DNA of 26,979 nucleotides, from positions 1 to 26,979 of the forward strand of contig JAFCFG010000006.1 of NCBI GenBank assembly GCA_017608725.1, in the 5' to 3' direction. The notes under the pieces were generated by a model. It searched no databases and was not told the origin of the DNA. It worked only from the letters and a program-made list of their open reading frames with translations. This stretch comes from Candidatus Iainarchaeum sp. Lineage in GTDB: Archaea > Iainarchaeota > Iainarchaeia > Iainarchaeales > GCA-2688035. Shown here one piece after another: positions 1 through 8,689 of the stretch. The stretch's first letter is position 1. The number at the start of each line of letters is the position of its first letter. Both the position numbers and the translations under genes were made by a program.

Positions 1-1
1 G

Positions 2-1183
2 TTGATTGACTTGGAGCTGCCACAAGATTATGGCAGCTTTAACGAATTCTACAGCAAGGCAATCAGCTTCAAATCATTCCTGTTAAAGGACGGTTACAGC
101 GAAGACCTGAGAAAGGACTTTGTTGAGTATTACAACAGCTTGACTGCTGCAAGTGAAATCAGAAACACGCTAACCACAACACGCTTTGGCGAAGAAGATG
201 CCTGGGCATTTGGCGAAAAGGGGCCATATGGGTCTGAATACAGCTTGCCGGAAGCCGGCCTGTACGATATCTTCATTGAGAAAAACTTTGGCGACTTTGC
301 AAGTGCAGAGTGGAATATTCAATTCACCCTGAATGAAAAGCTGCAGGAAATTGATGAAGAATTTGCAAAGAACGTCTTCTTTGAACTGCCATTTGACGGA
401 GAAGTGGGCATATTGAACGAAGGCGGCAAAACAAGGCAGGGCTATGGAATCAGCTTTTCAAATAGCCCAGAGCAAGCGGATATGTATCTCACCTACAAGA
501 CAGACCAAGAGAACGCAAACCTCTTTGATTCAACAGGAGGAGAGCAAAAACTTTCAGTTGAGTTTGGTGAAACCTTTGACAAAACAAATTCCGGGCTGAT
601 ATTGAAGGTTGACCTTGACAAAGGCGAATTTACCTACAACCCCTCGGTTGCAACACCGATTGAGATAGAACTTGGAACAAGCAGGGGAACAGAAATAGAG
701 GGAATGCTCTACGAGCTCAGTGGAACAGAGCAGGGAATTCTGAGAAGCCAGGATAGTATCTTTACCTTTAGAAGCGATGCTAAAAACTTCCTTGACCAGA
801 TATATCCACCTTCAGCTGGAATGAACCTCTGCAGAGAGGTAGGCACATTTGAACTCAACCTGCATGGATTCCAGCAACAGCTTGTAGGGCAGAAGACATT
901 CAAGGGAATTGCATTTGTTCCATTTGCAAGGCAATACACTGTAGTGTTTTACTGCAGCCAAGGGGCAGCAAAGGTTACTTCCCTTGACACAGATGAAACT
1001 ATAAACGTTGGCCAAGGCTACAGAACAGGGGAACTTGACTTGAAACTGCATGAGCCAGTTGAAGCAAAAAAGGTTACCCTGCCTTCATTCCTCAACAAAA
1101 TAGAGGAAGAGCAGGTTTGCATAAAAACAGGGCAGGACAGTATTGAACTGCTGTGGAACAAGGAAAAGCTGCTGTCAGGGTAA
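2..1183 (+). CDS. C-terminal part (5'-truncated by the window edge) of a giant surface-protein paralog (paralog 1)
   Basis: Open frame from the window edge to TAA at 1183. It shares ordered motifs with the C-termini of the two downstream giant ORFs: FKSFLLKDGYSEDLRKDF vs FNAYLIKDAYTNDFREDF / FKAYLIKDGYSGDFQRDF; FFELPFDG..RQGYGISF vs FYYLPFDG..RQGYGVNF / FYNLPFNG..RVGYGVNF; NPSVATP vs SPSYATP / SPNYATP; LWN vs FWN / WWN. Confidence 0.85.
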   Translation: MIDLELPQDYGSFNEFYSKAISFKSFLLKDGYSEDLRKDFVEYYNSLTAASEIRNTLTTTRFGEEDAWAFGEKGPYGSEYSLPEAGLYDIFIEKNFGDFASAEWNIQFTLNEKLQEIDEEFAKNVFFELPFDGEVGILNEGGKTRQGYGISFSNSPEQADMYLTYKTDQENANLFDSTGGEQKLSVEFGETFDKTNSGLILKVDLDKGEFTYNPSVATPIEIELGTSRGTEIEGMLYELSGTEQGILRSQDSIFTFRSDAKNFLDQIYPPSAGMNLCREVGTFELNLHGFQQQLVGQKTFKGIAFVPFARQYTVVFYCSQGAAKVTSLDTDETINVGQGYRTGELDLKLHEPVEAKKVTLPSFLNKIEEEQVCIKTGQDSIELLWNKEKLLSG

Positions 1184-1231
1184 AATGCATACTTAACAGA
1201 AGAGAATATATTGCACAGGTGTTTTTTGGCC

Positions 1232-4200
1232 ATGGCATTGGAAGGATTGAAGGAAGCATATTTTCGCTTAGAGGACAGATGGTATGCTGCAATTGACAGG
1301 ATTGATTCAAGAATACCGATTCACGGCTTGATTGACAGAATTGACAGAATTGTTCCTTCCTTTGCATTGTTTTTGGTTGTTCTCATTGCACTGGTTCTGT
1401 TCCTTGCCTTTATGCTGCCGGGAATGCTGGCAGCAGGAGCCAGATTCTCGTTCAGGGTTGTTGACAGTGAAGGTGCAACAGTGGAGGGTGCAACAGTCCA
1501 GGTGCTAATGGAAGGAAAAGAGATTGCTCTGCAACAGACAGACAAGTTGGGGGAAACAGCCCCAATAGTCCTGCCCTTGGATGCAGAGGTGGAAATAAAG
1601 GTATCAAAAAAAGACTTTATCTCGACTACTAAAACAATCACAGTAAGCGAATCAATTCTGCTTTATGAGGTCATGCTTGAAAGGGAAGAGGAGAAAAGAT
1701 ATACTATTTCTTTAAAGAGCAGCTTAGGGCAGCCGATTAGAGAGCCAGTGATACTCACTTTCAGTTGCAGGAATCCTGCAATTGCTTCATGGGAGGTGCC
1801 TGTTGTAAGCGGCAGTGCAACGGTAACAGAGCCAGCAAACTGCCAAGGCCTAATTGCAAGCGTAAGAGGCCAGGGCTTTGAGCCAATTGACTCAGTTGAT
1901 GTAACTCTAAGCAATCAAACCATTTACTTGCAGGAAATAGTTTCAGGAAATGCAACCATAACAGTTGAATTGCTGTTCAACAACCAAACAATAAGCGAAG
2001 AGGTAACAGTATATCTGTACAGGATTGACGACGCAACAGGGGCAGAGATTGGCCCGATTGAAAGCGCTGTCAGCGAAAATGGCATAGCCACTTTTAGCAG
2101 GCAGCCGGCCCAGTATTTTGTCAAAAGCAGCGGCTATGGGAACTTTGCAGCTGCAAGCAGTGCCTCTTTCAGTGTTTCAGCAGGAGAACAAAAAAACATT
2201 CAACTGCACTTGGAAAGAAATGTTGTTGGATACGTTAAATTGAAGATTTTGGACGAGATAACCGGTGCTGCTGTAGATGATGCAACTGTTTTCCTAAGGC
2301 TGGGCGGGGAAGAAATAGATTCAAAGAAGAGCAGTGCAGATGGAAACGGCTTTGTTGAATTTCCTGTTTCAGTGGACACTGCTTACAGCATCATAGTTGA
2401 CCATCCAGCATATTGTCTAAAAGTAGTGCACGATGTAAACCCAAGCACGAGCGTAAAGCATATTGAATTAAAGCCCTTTACAGTGGACTGCGGTGGAAAG
2501 TTGAAGGTCAAGGTTCTGGACCAGGATGGAAAGCTGGTGAAAGGGGCAACAGTTGGATTGTACACTGAAAGCGGATTCAGCGCGGGATTTTCAACCCAGG
2601 TAACAGATCTGAATGGAATCACTGTCTTTGAGGGGGCACCAAGCGGAAACTACAAGGCGTTTGCATTCAAGGGTTCAAGCAGCGGCTGGAGCGAGGTAGA
2701 ACACTTTGTTCAAAGGGCAGCGGAAAAAACAACGCTTACAGCTGTCTTGGATGTGAAAAACGGAACAGTCAGGGTAAAGGTCATTGACAAGGAGGGAGAA
2801 CCCATGCAATTTTCAGAGGTAGCATTTGTTGACGCAGCAACAAATGAGATAATTGGCGGCGGAGCCAAGCCGGTTCAAGACGTTAATGGCGTAGTTGAAT
2901 TGATTACAAGGGCAGACAAACAGGTTTACATTGTCGCAAGAAATCCCGGTTACACAAACTTCACTTCAATTGTAAAGCCGGTCCTATCCAATAGCACGCA
3001 GAATTTCACTGCTGTTCTGGAGAAAGAGATTATTCAGGGAGAGATTGAGATTGAGTTCAGGGGCGTTTACAAAAATGGGAAAAGCGTTAGTGCACTTGCA
3101 AGGGGTGAGAAATACACTGCATTGTTCAACCTTAAGATACCAGCAAACAAAAGCTATGATGAAATAGGCATGCATGTAAGAACAGGCAGCCACACTATGA
3201 TGGAACTCGACGAGCTTGTTTTGAGGGAAATTAATGCCCCCGGCAAGGCAAACATCCTGAAGGCAACAACCTACAGCCAGGGAGATGGCTATGCTTTTGA
3301 CAGCCGGAACCTAAGCAGCGATGAAGCAAAATGGGCCAACATAAAATGGAATGAATTCCAGACAGGCATAATAGAGGTAGCAGTTGAATTCCAAGTAAAG
3401 GAGGCCACAAGGCAAACAGAGATCCAAGCAGGGGAACTAGAGCTCTCTTACAGGGCATGGGCTGTTGAAAATGGCCTGTACAAGCGAAACCCATTGGACA
3501 ATGATTTGGGGGAGGCAGAGAGCGTGCCAGGAAAGGAAGCATTGTATGCCAAAACAAAGCAGGAGATATTCCAGATTGGCTTGGAAACTATTTGCGATGA
3601 GCTATTCTGCTTCAGCGCAAGCATTTTGGATATAGAAGATGGCCTGATTGAAAGCGCAACCGAAGGTTACAATGGAAAGGTGTTCAAGGAATATAAGCTG
3701 AGTTTTACCATTCTGAACAACAGCGAGTTTGAAACAAACAGCTATCCAAACGCTGAATTGAAGATACTGAATGTTGACGAAGGGCTGCTATTGCAGGACT
3801 ACAAGGCCTATGGAGCCCAGGGCCAGTTGGTTGAAGGCATTGTATCGGGCAGTGAAACGAAATGGATAGCTGTTGGAGACATGGAACCAAATAACACTGT
3901 TGCAGGCAATATAAACTTCACACCGCAGAAATCAACCGGCGGAGCAATTACAATACAGCTTAGGAGCATGCAAAGAATCCAATTTGAGAAGAGCATTATG
4001 ATAAATGCCACTGCAGAAAAGCAGTTGAACGTGGTTGCAGCACCAGAGCTGCTGCCAAGCGGTACACAAAACGACTTGACTGTTACTGTGAAGGACAAGA
4101 GAACAAACGCTGAGCTGGAGAACGCAATTGCAAAGTTAAAAGACAGGTTTGGTGCAATAGTTGCTGAAAAAACAACCAACAGAATGGGCATTGCTGTTTT

Positions 4201-7200
4201 GAGGCTGCCAGGCATGCAGCCTGGGGAAACAATGCGGTTGATTGTGGGAAAGCCAGGCTATGAAACCTTTGAGAGGGCAATCCAAGTAGATGAGAAGGTC
4301 ATTGCAATAAAGCCAACCAAAATTGGCGTTGCCCTGAACACTAAAACAGCATTGGAAGCGGAAGACCAATTCAGTGTTGAAAACATGACAGCGCTTGATT
4401 TGACTATAAAGGATGTGCGATTAACTGGCAGGGCATATGGCCTGATTGACACTGAAAAGATGAACAACTGGCTGTTTGGGTATATTGGCGAAGTGATTAA
4501 GCCAGGTGAGTTAAGGGAGATGCAGCTGAAGTCATTCCTCAGCGAGAAGGGAAGGAAGCTGCAAGAGAGCAGGAACGTGGAAGCAGAACTTGAAATGACT
4601 GTTGCAAGCAACGGAAGCGAATGGGTGCAAACAGCGCCGGTAAAAATAAACGTTGGCTTGGGCGGGGAAGTGGATGACCCAGCGTGCTTTACAGTAACAA
4701 GAAAAGAGTGGAATGGAAGCACTGAGGGAAAGCCAATAGAGATAGAGTTTGAATTGCAGAACAACTGCAGCAGCGGCGGCATTCCTGTCCAGCTAAAGGA
4801 TATTGCAGCAAAAATTGTGTGGCAAACCAACCAGGTTGGCGAGTATGCACTCAGAACCCAGTACACTGCAATTGGGATAAGGAGCGGCTACTTTAAAAAA
4901 TTCATTGAGGTTATTGAACCAGAGCAAAGCGTTTCAGTTGTGCTGCAGTTCAACGCAAATGGCGGAATAAGAGGCAAGGGAATGGCAGAGATAATATTCC
5001 AAGCAGAGAACAAAACTGACACAACAACCCAGCTGCTGACAGATGAGATTTCATCGGAAATAACGGTGGTGAACCTTGCTGACTGCATTGGATTCGATAA
5101 GGATGTCCTGATAATAAAGCCGGAGAAGACTGGTTCATTTAACATTGACACAGTAAACTGCGGTGCAAGGAACGAGATAAAGCTTGAATCGGACCTTGCC
5201 CTAAGCAAGAGAACCCTGACCTTGGGCGAAACAGACAGCAAAGAGGTAGAGGTTTTTGCCGAGAAAAACATGCCTGGGCAGTATCCAGTAAGGGTATATG
5301 CAAAGGGCAGTGATGACGTGCAATTCAAATTGATTAAAACAATCAGGGCAAGAATCCTGAGCGACAAATGCCTTGAATTAACGAGGTATGAATTCGATGT
5401 ATTTGACAATCCAGAGAATCCATATGACGGCTATGATACAGCTGAATTGATCAACAACTGCTATGACAAGCCAGTGCAGATAACAGTACACTACGATGAG
5501 CATGACTGGGGCGACGCAATGAAAACAGGCGCCCTCTACGGCCTTGTAATGGGGTTGATGGGGGCAATGGGCCAATCAGCAGAAAAAAATGCAGCAGCAG
5601 AAATAGCTGCAGCAAGCAGTGTAACCAAGGGAATTACTCCCAATGGGACAATAGTTGCATTGAAGGGCGGCGTATGGACTGATGCAAAAGGCAGCACTGT
5701 AGCGGGAAATGTTTACCCCTACAGAACAATTGAGTCTGGTGGAGCATACTACAGCGGCTATGACCACGGAGATGGAGACCTATACGATGCCCTGGGAAAC
5801 AAAGTGCTTGACAAGAAAACAACTGGTGCATGGTTCTGGAAAGGCACAAAGTATGTGCCAACTGGTAATATAGCAGGGCCTGAAGCAGCCCAGGGCGGAA
5901 TGCCTGCTTCAACAACGGCAACAGGCAGTGTTGTACTTGGTTCGCCTGCCGGTGCATCCCTCCTGGGCGGAATATTTGGAGGGGGAGGCCCCGGAGGCAG
6001 CCTAGCAGGCAACCTTGTTATGGGCTTGGGCAGCTCGATTTTGGGCAAGCCAAGCTTTTTGGGCTGGGGCCTGCAGGGCTTTTTGGCCGGCACACTTATT
6101 GCATACGAGCAGCAGGATGAGGGGGAGCTTAGCTTTACAACAATTGAGAAAGACGTTGTTTACAGGGATTCTGAATTGCTGTTGCCTGGATTAACGCTTG
6201 ATGAAGACAAGATAGTGGAAACCCCTTCAGAGGACATTATTCTAAGGAAACCGGATGAGGAGGAGGTAAGCACCGAACCCAAAGAAGAGGACAGGAGGCT
6301 GAGCAAGGAAACAAGAAAGCTGTGGTTTTGGAATACGGCTGGTGTTGTGCAGCCAGACCCGGAAACCCCGCTGTACAGAATCCTCAGGGTTGACAATGAG
6401 AGAAGAATCTACAAAACAGAGTATGAAACAGATGAAAAAGGGAACCCCGGCATAGAGATAAAGGAAAGGAAGGACCACAAGGAAAGGTTTAGGCTGCAGT
6501 TCAATGCATTTGACCCGCTGCTCATTGACAGGATTTCAGGGCCAATACCAAACTGCAAGCTTGGCAATGTGGTTGGCGTTACAGGGCCGAATGCTGTTCC
6601 AAGGGTTTCGTTTAACTGGGATTGGCAGAGCATTGGAGAGAGCAGCTGTGTGGAGGGAAACGATGACTACATTTACTGCGATGCCACGCAATTCAGCATC
6701 GTTGTTTTGAAGAAACTGCACAAGCTGCAGGAATTCATTGATATGTACAAGCCGTTTGACTGCCCAAGCCCGGTAACGGCAGCTGCAGTCAAGGAACAGC
6801 CTATGGTTGGAACTGCATATGACGTTGCAATTACAAAGATTCAGGCAAACAAAATTGCGACAAGCGATGCAAACATTGTTGTAACGGTTGAAAGCAACAA
6901 CGGCAAGCAGATGGCTTCCAGCCTGCAAATTTTTCTGAGAGATGACACAGGCACTGTTGTAAAAGGCTGTGACAAGCAATTCAGCCTATTGAGCAGGAAT
7001 GTTGTGAACTGCGAATTCACCGGCCTGGCAGAGGGATTGTACGATGTGCAGGCAACAATTGAGCCTGATTTGTGCCCTGATTGTGAGAATAGCGATTCAG
7101 CAAACGATTCAATAAGTGCACAGCTGTTTGTTGGAGCTGGCGGCGTAGTTGAGTGCGAGCCATTCAACACAAAGAGGCTGCCGTTGTTTATTGAGGCAAC

Positions 7201-8491
7201 AGAGGCAGCAGGGAATGCAGCGTGGAGCAACCAGGAGAGGGAAGAGATACTGGAAACGATTAAATTCAATGCATATTTGATTAAGGACGCTTATACAAAT
7301 GATTTCAGGGAAGACTTTGATTTATTCTGCAAGCAGATGAGCTTCTTTGACTGCCCGGATTACTACACGGATTCAAGCAATGGATTGCACAAGCTGTTTG
7401 CAGACAGGGAGAGATTCAGATTTGATTACAGCATGGCCCCACATGCCCCGGTGGACGCTGGAAAGTACGCTGTTGAAATAAACGTTGAGTTTGGCAACCA
7501 GAACTGGGATTTGTTTGTGGGGGAGGAACCAGATGCAACTGTTTCAATTGAAATGGCGCAATTGAGTGCACCGGAGCCAGAGAGCCCGTTTTACTACTTG
7601 CCATTTGACGGCTTGGTTGGAATAGACAGCGAAAACGGCAGGCAGGGTTATGGAGTAAACTTCAGGCAGACAAGCGAGGAAACAATTAAAATCAACAACA
7701 GCCTGCTTCAGCCAGTCATAAGCACCAATGTTGCAAACAGCACGCCTGTCCTAAACGGATGGATTAACGCAGGCTTTAACGACAGCTTCAGGAGGCTGAA
7801 CCAGGACAAGAGGGGGATCCTGCTTGATGTAGTGGCAGGCACTGATTCAACAAATATTGTTTTAAGCCCAAGCTATGCAACCCCTGTTATGATGAAAGTG
7901 GATTACGAGAAAGGTGAGCACGCTTATGGCTTTTATTCAGTTGAAATTGATGACAGCCCGCAGGTTGCCTTTGAAAGAATGATTCCGTGGAGTGGCATAG
8001 GTCCAAATTGCAGGGATTTTGATGACAGACCGGTTACAGAGGCATGGCAGGATACCTGGGACAAGCATGGGGGCATAAGCGGAAACTTGATTTGCGCTGT
8101 TGGTACAGAGGTAACAGATTATGGAATTGAATGGTGCAATCCAAAGAGAAGCGGCAGCGTTTTCCTTGAAAGCGTTGTCTTTACTCCGCAGAATACCGTG
8201 AGCTTGATGAAGAGAACGGCTTACGGCGATGGCATGACTTTGATTACTGCTGACAACAGAGGCAGCCAAGTAGCATTGAACGGCATTCCTGGCATGCGCT
8301 ACAACAGCTTTGGAACAAGCGAAATTGATTCCATTGAGGATGTGTTTGCATTGGTTAGGGAAAGCAAGGTCTGCTTGGTTGGAGCAGATAACAGGAAAAG
8401 CAACCAGTTCTTCTGGAATCCAAAGATTGTATTGCAAGAACTCAGCCAGGAGAGGACAGAGGCTGAAGAGAGCTGTATCAGGCCAGCGTAG
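1232..8491 (+). CDS. Giant (2419 aa) N-terminally membrane-anchored surface protein with carboxypeptidase-regulatory-like (prealbumin-fold) repeats (paralog 2)
   Basis: ATG at 1232 is preceded by an AGGTG RBS-like motif (1217-1221); the ORF track's TTG at 1211 is a less likely start. A hydrophobic segment (FALFLVVLIALVLFLAFMLPG) is followed by repeated units of the type V.V.D..G..V.GA.V...TD..G (e.g. FRVVDSEGATVEGATVQV, VKVLDQDGKLVKGATVGLY...TDLNG, VTVKDKRTNAELENAIAKL), which match the CarboxypepD_reg-like pattern. The protein contains many paired Cys. Confidence 0.85.
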   Translation: MALEGLKEAYFRLEDRWYAAIDRIDSRIPIHGLIDRIDRIVPSFALFLVVLIALVLFLAFMLPGMLAAGARFSFRVVDSEGATVEGATVQVLMEGKEIALQQTDKLGETAPIVLPLDAEVEIKVSKKDFISTTKTITVSESILLYEVMLEREEEKRYTISLKSSLGQPIREPVILTFSCRNPAIASWEVPVVSGSATVTEPANCQGLIASVRGQGFEPIDSVDVTLSNQTIYLQEIVSGNATITVELLFNNQTISEEVTVYLYRIDDATGAEIGPIESAVSENGIATFSRQPAQYFVKSSGYGNFAAASSASFSVSAGEQKNIQLHLERNVVGYVKLKILDEITGAAVDDATVFLRLGGEEIDSKKSSADGNGFVEFPVSVDTAYSIIVDHPAYCLKVVHDVNPSTSVKHIELKPFTVDCGGKLKVKVLDQDGKLVKGATVGLYTESGFSAGFSTQVTDLNGITVFEGAPSGNYKAFAFKGSSSGWSEVEHFVQRAAEKTTLTAVLDVKNGTVRVKVIDKEGEPMQFSEVAFVDAATNEIIGGGAKPVQDVNGVVELITRADKQVYIVARNPGYTNFTSIVKPVLSNSTQNFTAVLEKEIIQGEIEIEFRGVYKNGKSVSALARGEKYTALFNLKIPANKSYDEIGMHVRTGSHTMMELDELVLREINAPGKANILKATTYSQGDGYAFDSRNLSSDEAKWANIKWNEFQTGIIEVAVEFQVKEATRQTEIQAGELELSYRAWAVENGLYKRNPLDNDLGEAESVPGKEALYAKTKQEIFQIGLETICDELFCFSASILDIEDGLIESATEGYNGKVFKEYKLSFTILNNSEFETNSYPNAELKILNVDEGLLLQDYKAYGAQGQLVEGIVSGSETKWIAVGDMEPNNTVAGNINFTPQKSTGGAITIQLRSMQRIQFEKSIMINATAEKQLNVVAAPELLPSGTQNDLTVTVKDKRTNAELENAIAKLKDRFGAIVAEKTTNRMGIAVLRLPGMQPGETMRLIVGKPGYETFERAIQVDEKVIAIKPTKIGVALNTKTALEAEDQFSVENMTALDLTIKDVRLTGRAYGLIDTEKMNNWLFGYIGEVIKPGELREMQLKSFLSEKGRKLQESRNVEAELEMTVASNGSEWVQTAPVKINVGLGGEVDDPACFTVTRKEWNGSTEGKPIEIEFELQNNCSSGGIPVQLKDIAAKIVWQTNQVGEYALRTQYTAIGIRSGYFKKFIEVIEPEQSVSVVLQFNANGGIRGKGMAEIIFQAENKTDTTTQLLTDEISSEITVVNLADCIGFDKDVLIIKPEKTGSFNIDTVNCGARNEIKLESDLALSKRTLTLGETDSKEVEVFAEKNMPGQYPVRVYAKGSDDVQFKLIKTIRARILSDKCLELTRYEFDVFDNPENPYDGYDTAELINNCYDKPVQITVHYDEHDWGDAMKTGALYGLVMGLMGAMGQSAEKNAAAEIAAASSVTKGITPNGTIVALKGGVWTDAKGSTVAGNVYPYRTIESGGAYYSGYDHGDGDLYDALGNKVLDKKTTGAWFWKGTKYVPTGNIAGPEAAQGGMPASTTATGSVVLGSPAGASLLGGIFGGGGPGGSLAGNLVMGLGSSILGKPSFLGWGLQGFLAGTLIAYEQQDEGELSFTTIEKDVVYRDSELLLPGLTLDEDKIVETPSEDIILRKPDEEEVSTEPKEEDRRLSKETRKLWFWNTAGVVQPDPETPLYRILRVDNERRIYKTEYETDEKGNPGIEIKERKDHKERFRLQFNAFDPLLIDRISGPIPNCKLGNVVGVTGPNAVPRVSFNWDWQSIGESSCVEGNDDYIYCDATQFSIVVLKKLHKLQEFIDMYKPFDCPSPVTAAAVKEQPMVGTAYDVAITKIQANKIATSDANIVVTVESNNGKQMASSLQIFLRDDTGTVVKGCDKQFSLLSRNVVNCEFTGLAEGLYDVQATIEPDLCPDCENSDSANDSISAQLFVGAGGVVECEPFNTKRLPLFIEATEAAGNAAWSNQEREEILETIKFNAYLIKDAYTNDFREDFDLFCKQMSFFDCPDYYTDSSNGLHKLFADRERFRFDYSMAPHAPVDAGKYAVEINVEFGNQNWDLFVGEEPDATVSIEMAQLSAPEPESPFYYLPFDGLVGIDSENGRQGYGVNFRQTSEETIKINNSLLQPVISTNVANSTPVLNGWINAGFNDSFRRLNQDKRGILLDVVAGTDSTNIVLSPSYATPVMMKVDYEKGEHAYGFYSVEIDDSPQVAFERMIPWSGIGPNCRDFDDRPVTEAWQDTWDKHGGISGNLICAVGTEVTDYGIEWCNPKRSGSVFLESVVFTPQNTVSLMKRTAYGDGMTLITADNRGSQVALNGIPGMRYNSFGTSEIDSIEDVFALVRESKVCLVGADNRKSNQFFWNPKIVLQELSQERTEAEESCIRPA

Positions 8492-8660
8492 GCAAAAGGG
8501 GAAAATAGGTTGGTTAAATTATTTTTCTGGGGAAAATTAAAAAAGGGAAACGGAAAAAAGGGGAAATTAAAAAAAGGGAAACGGAAAAAAGGGGAAAAGG
8601 GAAATTAAATTAAAAAATTAGGAAAAAGGGGAAGGGAAAAAGGGAAAATTTTAATTAATC
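8492..8660 (+). repeat. Purine-rich low-complexity intergenic tract with an imperfect ~31-bp tandem duplication (8531-8594)
   Basis: GGAAAATTAAAAAAGGGAAACGGAAAAAAGG is followed directly by GGAAATTAAAAAAAGGGAAACGGAAAAAAGGGG. The tract is almost entirely A/G plus short T runs. Confidence 0.75.
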
Positions 8661-8689
8661 AAATTCGTTAATGTAATTGGTTTTGTGCT

